From Octopus bimaculoides (taxonomy: Eukaryota), in NCBI RefSeq assembly GCF_001194135.2, contig NC_068981.1:182653505-182698467 (forward strand): DNA of 44,963 nt. Reading direction: 5' to 3'. Both the position numbers and the translations under genes were made by a program. Shown here piece by piece: positions 1 through 11,854 of the stretch. Within the stretch, counting starts at the first letter, position 1; every line of letters starts with the position of its first letter. The notes under the pieces were generated by a model. That model ran no database searches and was not told the DNA's origin. It saw only the letters and a list, made by a program, of their open reading frames with translations.

Positions 1-16
1 GACGCTCTTCCGATCT
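1..16 (+). other. Illumina adapter remnant (assembly artefact)
   Basis: GACGCTCTTCCGATCT is the 3' end of the standard Illumina read-1 adapter/primer. Confidence 0.9.
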
Positions 17-130
17 AATGGTACTACTTGTCTGTGGAGTGTTCAACCACTTACATGTTAGTTTCACGAGCAGGCTGTTCCATTGATCAGATCAATTGGA
101 ACCCTTGTTGTTGCAACTGACAAGGGTGCG
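17..130 (+). mobile_element. SINE family A, 3' fragment
   Basis: Similar to the 3' end of the copy at 6744-7119 (gttaatttcacgag...ggctgttcc...gatcaa.tggaaccct). Confidence 0.7.
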
Positions 131-343
131 AGTGAGTGAGTTTGTTATATACTAGAGTCTAACAAATTATAACACCTTTAGCAAAAACAAATCCGTAACC
201 TTATATGTAGAGAAATAAATGTGACTGAGTTAAAAATTGAATTGTAGCAAAACATGAGACTGCTTTCTTTTGCCAACTGCTCTACTCTCAAGAGTTCACT
301 CTTGCAAGCATTTTTTTTTTTTTTTGCTCTTAGTCAATGGTGG

Positions 344-398
<55 letters not shown>

Positions 399-415
399 GG
401 AGAGAGAGAGAGAGA
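344..415. repeat. (GA)n microsatellite
   Basis: Direct reading. Confidence 0.95.
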
Positions 416-929
416 AGGCAGGTTATAAAGAAATACTTATAACATCATGTTGGATTATGAACAGCAGGATCACAAGTTCAAATCTAACAATAGCTAATAC
501 TGTGCTGTACTCTTGAGAGTGAGATACAAAATTATCTCTGTATTAGCTTGTTTCATTGACACACACACACACACAAAAAAAAAAAACATACTTTTACTTT
601 ACAATAATGGTGGTTAAGAGAAAGAACATCCATAATAAAAGTAAAAGACCATCAATAGCTTCAACAGCAACATATCTTTGCAATGGAAAAAAAAAAAAAA
701 ACATTTCAAAATCTCAAATCAGCAAAAACATTTCTCAAATGACAGATGAATAAAAAAACAAATTTAGTTTCTAGGTGACTAATTGGTGTTAGAAAGAGTA
801 TCAACCACAGTAATTCCTTGTAAATTAATATTGAAAGTTTTGCCTACTAATCTAATGGTGAAGGCTTTGCTTAATTAAATTTCAACTCAGTAAAAATTCA
901 TGTAAAAAAAAAAAAAAAATTTTTTTAAA

Positions 930-1145
930 TTGTGGAGGTGTATGGCTTAGTGGTTAGAGCGTTTGATTCACAATTGCAAGATTGTGGTTTCAATTCCTGT
1001 ACTGGGTGATATGTTCTTGAACAAAACACTTCATTTCATATTGCTCCCTGGTAAAAATGAGTAATCCTGTAATGGACTGGTGTCACATCAAGGGAGGAAT
1101 ATAAGCGCCAGAGAAACTGGGGAAAGTGGCCCTATGCCCCTTACA
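930..1145 (+). mobile_element. Degenerate tRNA-derived SINE (family F type)
   Basis: A-box-like tggcttagtggttagagc, B-box-like ggtttcaattcc, then ttcttgaacaaaacacttcatttca shared with 19987, 23000 and 40865. Confidence 0.7.
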
Positions 1146-1513
1146 GAATAATATGGGCTAACAAAAATCTAATTCAATACATTCCCATTTTGGTCGATAA
1201 TACAATCCTGTGTAACTCATCCAATTTCAATGTTTGCACAGTGATAACCATGCTCTGCATCTGCCAGCCAACTTGGAATGCACAGGTGACAAAGGCATGA
1301 ACACTAGAAGAAGGAAAATGTGGGAAAGACTTGGCCCAAGAACGCCTAACACCAAACATTACAGGAAGACTTCAAATATATGGAAACCAGTTAGACTGGA
1401 AAAGGAAATGCAGTAGATTATGAAGCTGGGGGAAGCTTCTTGCCTAATGTATCCCAACACAGAGGAAGAAGAGGCGAGGACTGTTGCTACTGCAATCACT
1501 ACCACCATTTCAT

Positions 1514-1735
1514 TTAACCCTTTAGCATTCAGATCACTCAGTCAAATGTCATGTTTATTTATTCACATTGTTTTGAATTAATCATGCATTACTTCATAGC
1601 TTTGAGATTTTGATGATAGGGTTGTTTATTTCTAGAATGACAATTTAGGGTAGGTATGAGAGGCCTGATCTGGTGAGTTGCATATGAACTAACTGGAAAA
1701 TATAATTAAGGCAACATATCCAGACTGCTACAGAG
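1514..1735. mobile_element. piggyBac-like MITE (family D), one end truncated
   Basis: TTAA|CCCTTTAGCATTC terminus; body similar to the intact copy at 23999-24225. Confidence 0.75.
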
Positions 1736-2029
1736 CACATTGTGTTCTGTTCCAAAACCAGATCAAAAAATGCAATGGTCAAGGTGCTGTATCCAGTAAG
1801 TGACCCCTTTCCTCAACATTTCAGATACCCACCACCTATACCAAAAGTCGATTGGAGGATACTGATTAATACCATGAGAAAATTTGAACTAAATAAAGGT
1901 TTCCTTTGTTCATTTACAGGAGAGATGAAAGGCAAAACTGAACTCAGTATTTAAACTTCAATCATAAAGAACTGAAATAAATACAGTAAAACATTTTTAA
2001 TAATGCTCTAACAATTACATCAGCTTGCT

Positions 2030-2412
2030 ATCAACCCCTGTACTTGAATGGTACTTTATTTTATCAACCTTGAAAGGATAAATGGCAAAGTAACCTAGGC
2101 AGGATTTGAACTCAAACTGTTACGAACTGGAATAAATACAGTGAGGCATTTTATCTGACATGCTAACAATTCTGGGAATCCAGTGCTGTCAATAATTTTT
2201 TCTACATTAGGCACAGGGCCAGCAATTTTGAGGGTAGGGCAAATCGATTACATCAACCCCCAGTATTCAACTGCTGCTTATTCTATCGCCCTTAAAAGAA
2301 TGAAAGGCAATGTTAACTTAGGCAGAATTTGAACCCAAAATGTAAAGATCAGGAAGAAACGGTGCTAAGTAGTTTTGTCTCGCACAATAATGACTCTACC
2401 AGCTCATTGCCT
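2030..2412 (-). mobile_element. Two tandem SINE family C copies
   Basis: Reverse complement of the ctgagttcaaat...tttgcctttcatcctt...ggggtcgat...gccttgtgcc family, seen twice. Confidence 0.75.
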
Positions 2413-2460
2413 TAGAAATAATAAAGAGAAGAACAAAAGTGAAAAATAAAAAGCCTTTAC

Positions 2461-2525
2461 CTTTTGTTACTACTAATAGATCGTCTGTGTTTCATATAGT
2501 GAAGGTTCCGATGGAGAAATATTGG
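2461..2525 (-). CDS. SUZ12: SUZ12 coding exon 3 (65 nt): PIFLHRNLHYMKHRRSISSNK(R)
   Basis: tttttag|CCAATATTTCTCCATCGGAACCTTCACTATATGAAACACAGACGATCTATTAGTAGTAACAAAAG|gtaaag. Matches the conserved PIFLHRxLxYM motif; phase 0 follows exon 2. Confidence 0.95.
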
Positions 2526-2629
2526 CTAAAAAGAATAAATAATAATAAAACAGTTAAGTGACAAAGTAAAAGAAAAATGAAGCAATTACAAGCAAATCTA
2601 AACAACAGTATCTCATTCTCTCCAAGGAT

Positions 2630-2865
2630 ACATCATCATCATCACCTTTCCCTGCTTATATGGGTCGGACAATTTGTTGAGGTAGGTTTTATACAGCTGG
2701 ATGTCTTTTCCATTGCTAATCCTTATCTGTTTCCAAGCAAGGTAATATTTACCTTGGCCAGATAGGTCTTTCATGGAAAACTGGAAATGGACAACATTGC
2801 TTGTGTGGCGCTGAGGCTGGTTTACAATCGCATGATATCAAGACAAGAGTACACATACACACACA
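2630..2865 (-). mobile_element. SINE tail with RTE-like 3' end and (ATG)n terminus, immediately intronic of exon 3
   Basis: catcatcatc...cagctggatgtc...ccttatctgtttccaagcaaggtaatatt; homologous to 16030 and 24570-24810. Confidence 0.7.
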
Positions 2866-4015
2866 ATAACATTTTAATAAATTAAAACAGAAAAATATTT
2901 AATATTGAAAGAGATGTTGTTGCGTGGCCTGTACACTATAGGAGTAAATCCCCTTTGAAAAAGTAACCAACACTTTTAAAATGGGATCACATACTGAGAG
3001 ACTTAAATCTTGGTTGAGACAACTAACACTTCTTAATTACATGCCTTCCTTAGCCTAAATTATTATTGTTAAAAGCAAGTCCCAAGTGAACCCAAAGACT
3101 TAATCTTTGATTAAAACAACACTAACAGTAATAATCTCTATGTTTGATAAAAGGCCATACACTTGAAGAAAAGTGCTATGGTTACTCAAATCAATCCCCA
3201 CTCAATCACTAATCCTTTACTCGACACTTTAATTTAACCGTCAACGCAGGCAACATCTAGATGTAGAGCGTAAAGGAATATTACTCGTAATTAATTAATA
3301 GGGCTTCTTCTGAGCATTTGCTTGGCTACCTACACAGAAGATTCACTCAAACAGCTGACTTAAAAAGAAAAAGTTATTATTTGCAAAGTAAACCATCTTA
3401 TGGTATCATGGCCAATAGGTTTATCCTGAATCAAGTCACTGAAGCTAGAGAGCAATGTAATTAATAGTAGAAGATATAGAAAGAAAAAGTAGCAACTTAG
3501 CAACTAATCTGGTAAGACAAAACTAAAAGCAAATATTATATACCAAAGAAAGATGTACTAAGCCATTAATAAAAATTAATGACATCACCCAACGAGATGT
3601 AGAATTAACTGTCTCTTGTGTGTAAGTGTGTATTTCTACTGCATCATCATTCTCTTATTAATCATTTAAGTAATAATCTACAATGATAGAATCTCAACTC
3701 ATCTAATCCTAAGTGGATTACAAAAGATGCAGAACTATGTGCATCAGTTACAAGTGTTGCACTTTATGAAGATGCTAGCACTGCTGCAACTTTCGGCTTA
3801 GGTAAGCAGTGAAAGCTCATTTACTCGTCTGGAAACAAACGGTGCAGTGTGGAGAAAAATCAAGATTAAGAAAGAATAAACAGGAAGTATTACTAATATT
3901 ATGAATTAACCATCTTGTTTCCATTTTTCAGTTGAGGTACTCTTGTCTATATTTCAATTTATTACTACTATCCCTTAATGTAAATATTATGAGACTGGTG
4001 TTTGGAATATAAAAT

Positions 4016-4573
4016 GGATCTTTTTAAAAACGGGGGCCACATTTTTCATTAACAAAACACTTTGAAACTTGGAACACTGGTAGAATGTGTCATATAAAAC
4101 ATCTTTTTCTGTTAGTCTTCTTAAAAAAAAAAAGAAATCCATAAGTTATTCCATGTTAAAGTTGTCGTATTTCTGTAATTTCAACCAATCACTGACATCC
4201 ATTCAGCCGATATACATTAAGTGCCGACTACATAAACAAACGATTCTGAAACAATTAACCCTAACCCTAAGGTTAGGGTTAAAGCAAATTTAAAATGAAA
4301 AAAAGCAAATAAAACGAAGGTATGGAGATTAAATACGCTTTACATCGCTTAATCAGCCAAAGGAGTAAATGTAAACAACTGAATACTTGTCAGTGATTGG
4401 TTGAAATTATCGAAATAAGACAATTTTTTACATGAAATAAATTCGAATACAAAAATATTTTTCTGTTCTATAACACAAAATAGATAAGTATACGAAGTTT
4501 GAAAGTCTTTCCGTACCAAAAACACTACGTAAAACATTAATGAAATATGTGGCCCCCGTTTTAAAATAGATCC
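4016..4573. mobile_element. Foldback/palindromic non-autonomous DNA element with telomere-like apex
   Basis: ~38 bp TIRs (GGATCTTTTTAAAAACGGGGGCCACATTTTTCATTAA / TTAATGAAATATGTGGCCCCCGTTTTAAAATAGATCC), inner inverted arms 4158-4215/4368-4427, and a central hairpin at 4255-4282. Confidence 0.75.
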
Positions 4574-4608
4574 TATAAAATTTTTGGAAGATTTTAATTC
4601 AGAAAATT

Positions 4609-4811
4609 TCAACCCTTTGGCATTCATATTACTGTCAAATGTAATGCTTATTTACTCACATTGCTTTGAATTAATCATGTATTATCTTAGAGTTACGAGA
4701 TTTTGATGGTTTATTTCTAAAATGACACTGTACAGTAGACGTGAGAGGCCAGATCTAGCCAGTTTGAACATAAAGTAGGTAAAATATTTGGGCCAGATGT
4801 AGCTGGGTTAA
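4609..4811. mobile_element. piggyBac-like MITE (family D)
   Basis: aaccctttggcattc...gggttaa; similar to the other family D copies. Confidence 0.75.
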
Positions 4812-5102
4812 AACAAAAAGTTTGTATTTTATAACCAAGGATGATATCAGGCAGTTTGATATCAAAAGGATTAACTGCTAACGTATTTTATTCTATAACT
4901 TAGTTGAAAGAAAGACAGTGCTAATGATCTTTTCCAAGGTCTCAGAGACTGGTGAAAGGAAGCGAAGAACTTATATTTAGACTGGAAACATGACCCAAAT
5001 ACTTGTAATAGAGTAGGCACTATGAAAGATACCCAAGGGCCAGGTGATGAATCAAGTCTACTATCCCTTAAATGCAAACATTATTATGAAAATACACACA
5101 AG

Positions 5103-5292
5103 GTAGCAAACTGGCAGAATCGTTAGGCAAAATGCTTAATAGTATTTATGTTCTGAGTTCAAGATCAACTTTACCTTTTATCCTTTCAGGGTTGATGAAA
5201 TAAGCAACCAGTACAGCCCTGGAGTCGATATAATTGACTAACCCCTCCCCACAAAATTTCAGCCCATGTGACTATAGAGGAAAGGGATTATG
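5103..5292 (+). mobile_element. SINE family C
   Basis: ctggcagaatcgttag...ctgagttc...cctttcagggttgat...aaattttcag. Confidence 0.75.
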
Positions 5293-5834
5293 AAAATACA
5301 TAAAATATCAAGTTGAGAGAGAGAAAATAGCAGGCTTGATGATGGGAATGAACCATGTAGCTATCAACTGCCAGGTGACTCGTGTTATTAAGTACATTAC
5401 AGACAATTTATCCTTTCATCACCACAAATTCAGTCCTTTATTTCTCCTAATTTAAATGTACTGTTTTAGTGTTTCCCCAAATTTCTAATTCAGCAAGGTG
5501 TTGTACCTGGGCTTAATGCTTTAAAAAAAGAATTAATCCCATGAATCAAATAACAAATTAACTGCTGTAATGACTTTCGATGTTATAATTATCACGTAGA
5601 GAGAAAAATTCCAACAGTAGGCCTTGTTGCTCATTCCTTTCACAAATCAGTGCTTTTAATGTGAATATCATTACTAAAACTAGTCCAACACAATAAGTCA
5701 GAACCCATAGCTCTTGCTGGAACTTTCAGAATCCATGTGATGTTCAGCTTAACACTCTTGCATTCACATTATTCTGTCAAATGTAATGCTTATTTATTCA
5801 AGTTGTTTTGAATTAATTATGTATTATCTTGTAG

Positions 5835-6178
5835 CTGATTCTACCAGAATATAAAGGATGGCACTTTTCTGCAGGTCAACAATGCGTGTTTCAATTCCAA
5901 TCTCTTTCAGTCTTTTTGGTAATATTTTGAGTGTTGTGCCAAGTGCACCAATCAATATAAGAATTGCTGCCTTGGTCTCCCACAATCTCCTCAGCTCTCT
6001 CTGACTAGATCCTGATACTTAATTTTTTCCAATTCTTTGGTACTGACTGCTATCATAGAGAATTGCAAAATCTATGATCTAACACTGTTTGTTTATTTTG
6101 ACCTCTATCATCATATCTGGTCTTCCTTCTTCTACAGTCAGTCTTTGTAGGGAAACTCCACAAGATCTTGTAATTCTC
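5835..6178 (-). mobile_element. 3' fragment of a restriction-like-endonuclease (RLE; R4/Dong/Hero-type) non-LTR retrotransposon, decayed
   Basis: Minus strand reads KILWSFPTKTD...IIDFAI..D...RELRRLWETKAAILILIGALGTTLKILPKRLKEIGIETRIVDLQKSAIL, the typical RLE-LINE C-terminus, with stops and frameshifts. Confidence 0.75.
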
Positions 6179-6249
6179 ATCATCATCATCATTATTTTAA
6201 TTATTGCAAAAAGAATATCCTTTTTTTGTTTTTTTTTTAATTGTGAAAG

Positions 6250-6730
6250 ATGAAATATTATTTAGTGAATGAAGAGTTGCATCAAAAGGTGACAATCTCT
6301 AATTGTGGAGGGAACATGTGTAGGGGAAGACTCAGGTAGTGGAGAGAAAAGATCTTCAGATGGTGGGCCTCACAGAGGGGGATGACAGGGGACCAAGACT
6401 CCTGGCAGTTTGCTGTGTTTGACAAGACATATCAAGCTAAGTAAAATTGTGGTTATCCTTGCATACAGGCATGTCCCCTGCATCCCTCTCCAGCTGAGCA
6501 TTCCTACTCTTGTGGGCTCATGGGTGCTGGTTTCACATAAACACAACCATACCAGTACTGTGTAAAAGCACACAGAGCACTCTGTAAAGTGGTTGGTGTT
6601 AGAAAGGGCATCCAGCCATAGGAACCGTGCCAAAACATGGAGCCCGGGCAGCTCTTCAGCTGACCAGCTCCTGTCAAACCATCCAACCCATGCTAGCATG
6701 GAAAACGGATGTATGGTAATGATGATGTTA
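6250..6730 (+). mobile_element. RTE-clade LINE 3' end (ORF end, 3'UTR, (ATG)n tail)
   Basis: Remnant reading ..ESCIKR..LIVEGTC..G.TEGMT.DQDSWQFAVFDKT, then ggttggtgttagaaagggcatccagc...ccaacccatgctagcatggaaaacgga...gatgatg. Confidence 0.75.
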
Positions 6731-6743
6731 TTACACCTACTGT

Positions 6744-7119
6744 GGAGGTCCAATGGCCCAGTGGTTAGGGCAGCGGACTCGCGGTCATAGGATTGCAGTT
6801 TCGATTCCCAGACCGGGCGTTGTGAGTGTTTGTTGAGCGAAAACACCTAAAGCTCCACGAGGCTCCAGCAGGGGATGGTAGCGAATCCTGCTGTACTCTT
6901 TCACCACAACTTTCTCTCACTCTTACTTCTTGTTTCTGTTGTGCCTGTAATTCAAAGGGCCAGCCTTGTCACACCGTGTCACGCTAAATATCCCCGAGAA
7001 CTATGTTACGGTACACGTGTCTATGGAGTACTCAGCCACTTGCATGTTAATTTCACGAGTAGGCTGTTCCGTTGATCGGATCAACTGGAACCCTCATCAT
7101 CGTAAGCAACGGAGTGCCA
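6744..7119 (+). mobile_element. Full-length tRNA-derived SINE family A
   Basis: Pol III A box (tggcccagtggttagggc) and B box (gtttcgattccc); high identity to the inverted copy at 24816-25159. Confidence 0.9.
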
Positions 7120-7378
7120 TATTACACCTACTATTTGAGTATTTACATCCATTTTGATCAGTCTGATCTCCAAACACCATTAGGTGTTTTATTTCTGAAT
7201 GTGTGTACACAGAATCAAACTCGATACAAACAAGGAACCTAAACATTCTTATCCATTAGGTTACTGACGCACATAGAACTCTAGGTTTTATATATTTACC
7301 TTTCAGCAGAGGCAGCTATGTTGAGTTAATGCCCACAAAAGTCTTATTGATTGGGTTCTTTTGTCTTTAGTTTTTTTT

Positions 7379-7607
7379 GTAACCCTTTAGCATTCAGATT
7401 ATTCTGCCAAATGTTATGCATATTTATTCACATTGCTTTAAATTAATCATGCTTTATCTTATAGCTTCAAAATTTCAGTGAAAACGATTGTATAGTTTTA
7501 GAATGACACTGTAGGGTAGATATGGAAGGTCAAATCTGGCTGGTTTGTGTATAAAACAGGTAGAATACGTGGGCCAGATATGGCTAGTTTAAATGCTTAT
7601 GGGTTAA
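7379..7607. mobile_element. piggyBac-like MITE (family D)
   Basis: taaccctttagcattc...aaatgcttatgggttaa termini. Confidence 0.8.
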
Positions 7608-7899
7608 AGATTTCCACTTTCTTTGTCCATCAGTAATGGTACATGTTTGCTTTTCTACATTCCGTTATTCCTTACTTAGATATTATTGTATTGTAACATC
7701 TAAAATCTGGAAATGAATTGGTTGGTTTAGGTAGACGCAGTTCTAATCACTCTTAGATAGATTTAACTCCAGGAAGAAATGAACATTAAATCAATATGGT
7801 TGTCTTTACAAAGTTGTAACAATTCAAGAGAGAAAAGTGAATTTTAAAAACTTAAGAGAAAATTATTCAAAAATAACTGAAGACAGATTGATCTTCTAT

Positions 7900-8265
7900 T
7901 TTTTACTTGTTTCAGCCATTAGGCCGTGGCCATGTTGGGGCACCGCCTTGAGGAATTTTTAGTCAAATGAATCGATCCCAGAACTTTTTTTAAGCCTGGT
8001 ACTTATTATATCAGTCTCTTTTGCTGAACTGTTAAGTTACAGGAACATAAACACACCAACACCAGTTGTCAAGTAGTGACGGGAAAAACTACACGCACGC
8101 ATGCGTATGATAGGCTTCTGTTTTCATGTACCAAATACGCTGACAAGGCTTTGGTTAGCCCAAGGCTATAGTAGAAGACACTTACTCAAGGTGTCATGCA
8201 GTGGGACTGAACTCAGAACCATGTGGTTGGAAAGCAAGTTTCTTACCACACACCCACACCTGCAC
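7900..8265 (-). mobile_element. tRNA-derived SINE family B
   Basis: Reverse complement of the 21721-22096 copy (ttacttgtttcagccatt...gggactgaactcagaaccatgtggttgg). Confidence 0.85.
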
Positions 8266-8372
8266 CTATTTTAATTTTTTTAAATTTTCATTTAAAAACT
8301 ATCAGATTAAATATCTCAATAAATAACAAATCACCAAGAGAGCGGACTAAGTTCACACTACTCTCTTTTACT

Positions 8373-8690
8373 NNNNNNNNNNNNNNNNNNNNNNNNNNNN
8401 NNNNNNNNNNNNNNNNNNNNNNNNNNNNNNNNNNNNNNNNNNNNNNNNNNNNNNNNNNNNNNNNNNNNNNNNNNNNNNNNNNNNNNNNNNNNNNNNNNNN
8501 NNNNNNNNNNNNNNNNNNNNNNNNNNNNNNNNNNNNNNNNNNNNNNNNNNNNNNNNNNNNNNNNNNNNNNNNNNNNNNNNNNNNNNNNNNNNNNNNNNNN
8601 NNNNNNNNNNNNNNNNNNNNNNNNNNNNNNNNNNNNNNNNNNNNNNNNNNNNNNNNNNNNNNNNNNNNNNNNNNNNNNNNNNNNNNNNNN
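8373..8690. other. Assembly gap
   Basis: Run of N. Confidence 1.
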
Positions 8691-9257
8691 CACACAGTGG
8701 GACTGAACCCAGAACCATGTGGTTGGTAAGCAAGCAAGCTACTTACCACACAGCCACTCCTACATTATTTTTTTTTCACCTTTTCTTTTTGCACTTAGAA
8801 AAAAAAAAACCATTTTCCTTTATACTGTAAACTTAAGAGAAGTCCTAACACCATTCTTCAGTGAGCCACAAAAATTATTATTCCTGTTACATTCTTCTCT
8901 GTATTTTAACTTAATTTAAAAATAACATTGACTATTTTGGGGTTAACATTATTGGCCCAAAAATAGTCGATATTGTTTTCAGAACAGCTTTCTATGAGCC
9001 TGTTATACAATGAAGCATTTCATAACACCAGAAAAGTACCCCACCCACCAATAAAATTTACCATTTCATATTTTATATATCAATCTCTCTTTCTCCCTCT
9101 CCCCTCTTCATGCACAATAGATAGGAAATATAAAAGTGTGTTTATACACATTAAAAGAAAATGAAGTTATGAGAAAAGAAGGTTTTTGTTCACTATAAGG
9201 AAGAACTGATTTAAAAGAAGGAATTCATTTTAAGTTGACATATACACAAGCATAGCA

Positions 9258-9646
9258 GTGTGGGAAGAAGCTTGTTTCCTCAGCTACATGGTTCCGGGTT
9301 CAGTCCCACTGCATAACATCTTGGGCAAGTGTCTTCTACTATATTCCCAGACTGACCAAAGCCTTGTGAGTGGACTTGGTAGATGGAAACTTAAAGAAAC
9401 CCGTTGTGTGTGTGTGTGTGTGTGTATACATATAACTCTTCGAAACGCTGGTGTTAAAACGGGGGTAGCTGATGAAGTAAAATGTTCTCTGTGTGGCTTG
9501 TGTGTGTTCTGTACTCTGGTTATTATTATTTTCTTGTCTACGTTTTGTTTGCAATGTCCTGTACCCAGATATACACCTATATATACAGGTAGACGTAGGT
9601 ATGCACATACCTGTACGTATATATGCATATACTCATTATTTGTTTT

Positions 9647-9682
<36 letters not shown>

Positions 9683-10166
9683 NNNNNNNNNNNNNNNNNN
9701 NNNNNNNNNNNNNNNNNNNNNNNNNNNNNNNNNNNNNNNNNNNNNNNNNNNNNNNNNNNNNNNNNNNNNNNNNNNNNNNNNNNNNNNNNNNNNNNNNNNN
9801 NNNNNNNNNNNNNNNNNNNNNNNNNNNNNNNNNNNNNNNNNNNNNNNNNNNNNNNNNNNNNNNNNNNNNNNNNNNNNNNNNNNNNNNNNNNNNNNNNNNN
9901 NNNNNNNNNNNNNNNNNNNNNNNNNNNNNNNNNNNNNNNNNNNNNNNNNNNNNGAGAGAGAGAGAGAGAGAGGGGGGGGGTTTCACCATTGCTTGACAAC
10001 TGGTTTATATCCCCGTAACTTAGTGGTTCGGCGAAAAGGAGACTGATAGAGGAAGCATCAGACTCAACAAAAAAAATAAGTACTGGGGTTGATTCATTCG
10101 ACTAAAAATTCTTCAAGGTGGTGCCCCAGCATGGCCACAGTCTAATGACTGAAACAAGTAAAAGAG
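9258..10166 (+). mobile_element. SINE family B split by an insertion, microsatellites and a gap
   Basis: Head at 9258-9405 (tgtgggaagaagc...gggttcagtcccactg) and tail at 9981-10166 (gcttgacaac...cagcatggccacagtc...gaaacaagtaaaaga). Confidence 0.75.
9683..9953. other. Assembly gap flanked by (GA)n
   Basis: Run of N. Confidence 1.
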
Positions 10167-10802
10167 ATCCACTGAAGACAACCCACCTACAAAGACAAAC
10201 TGCTTCAATATAAAACTATGTAAACAAACAGATGTGAGCACAAATCCAAAAAGGCTTATTAAGATTGTGTTGGTTGCTTTATAAAACAACCAGCTACCAG
10301 TCACACAAGTTAGTAAAAGAAAATAGCACCTATCAGTAAATTAACAGTATTAAGCTCTCTGACCCATCTTCTCACACACACAACTGAATAAATAAGAAAA
10401 AGGCATGATAAGCAAAGGTACAGCTGTGTGGTAAGAAGTTTGCTTCTCAACCACATGGTTCCAGGTTCAGTCTCACTGTGTGGCACCTTGGGCAAGTGTC
10501 TTCCAAACTAAAACTAAAGTTGATATTCTTCTTCCCTGCTAGTTTTAATTTAATCTGCATTTTTTTTCTTCTTTTTTCTTTAAACATGTAGCACAGTTAG
10601 TATATACCAGTAACAAGTAGATCATAGCCAGTAGATTACTAGCATGTGCATTTACTATCCCTGAACACACGGCATAACAAATATGAAAATATAAGCGTGG
10701 GTCATAGCTAGGGTTAGTCTGCATTTTACACAACAAAGGAAGTCATGACTAGTTTTCAATAATTACAAAAAGTTTTTCAGTTCTAAATAAGCAATTAGCA
10801 TT

Positions 10803-11032
10803 TCAACCCTTTTGTTACTATATTTCTGTTGAATTACATTGGTTTTGATTCAATTAGTTTTGAAAATAATAAAGAATTAAATAAAATAACTTTGCCATTA
10901 TTAACTTGGTATTTGGGACATAAATTAGCAAGGAACTTTAATGAAAGGTTTTAATTTAGATCACTTTAAAACCTGAAGTTTGCATTACAGAACCAGGAGC
11001 AGTCCCAGAACGGCTAATATCAAATGGGTTGA
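10803..11032. mobile_element. Second piggyBac-like MITE family
   Basis: caacccttttgttac...atatcaaatgggttga termini; homologous to 16860-17428. Confidence 0.65.
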
Positions 11033-11169
11033 AAGTTATTTTTCAAGCAAGTTTTGAAATCTATAGAAACTGGATAAAATATATCTCTTTTTTACCCCTT
11101 TTAAAATTAGTAATACAAAACTACCAAAGAAAACTTTGGATAATGAATTTGCAAACGTCTAATTAGCTT

Positions 11170-11619
11170 TTAATCCATCAGCATTTAAACCAGCCATATC
11201 CTGCCCAAAATGTTCTACCTGTTTTAAGTTCAAACTGGCCAGATCTGGCCTCTCACATCTACATGACAATGTCATAAACAATCACATCATTGAAACCTCA
11301 AAGCTAAAAAATAATACATGATTAATTCAAAATAATCTTTTCTACTCTAGGCACAAGTCCCAAAATGTTGGGGGAGGGGGGGGGGCGCCAGTCAATTAGA
11401 TCAACCCCAGTATGCAACCGGTACTTAATTTATTGACCCCGAAAAAATGAAAGGCAAAGTTGACCTTGGTGGAATTTGAACTCAGAAAATAAAGACAAAC
11501 AAAATACCGCTAAACATTTCGCCCGGCATGCTAATGTTTCTGCCAGCTTGACTCCTTTAAAATAATGCAAATGAATATGCATTACATTTGACAGAGTAAT
11601 CTGAGCGCTAAAGGGTTAA
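11170..11619. mobile_element. piggyBac-like MITE (family D) with a nested SINE C (about 11340-11562, minus strand)
   Basis: TTAA at both ends; the family D body resumes after the SINE C insert. Confidence 0.8.
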
Positions 11620-11854
11620 TTAATAAAACTGTTGACTATGATGAAGATTAATTCCATTTTAAAGAACTGCTGAATGAACGTATGCACGCACCAAGTTTAA
11701 AACATTCAAAATGTGACAGAGTTACGACTCGAAAATTTAACAACAAAATATTCAATACATGAAATTTTGCATTTTTTCAGACATGAAATATAAATTCACT
11801 CAACTATTTTAGTATTGAAGACATAAATATATCTATAAAGTAAATTATCTTATA

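Noticed and set aside
344-415. (GA)n tracts as Polycomb response element GAGA sites
   Set aside because: Such microsatellites are ubiquitous here, and there is no evidence for clustering with other PRE motifs.
1174-1359. QTLKLDELHRI as SUZ12 exon 4 (cf. KTFKVDDML)
   Set aside because: No acceptor AG in the required phase and only weak similarity; exon 4 probably lies outside the window.
6744-6815. tRNA gene calls at SINE heads (also 19987, 25090-25159, 42482)
   Set aside because: A and B boxes are present, but there is no complete cloverleaf and each runs into a repeated SINE body.
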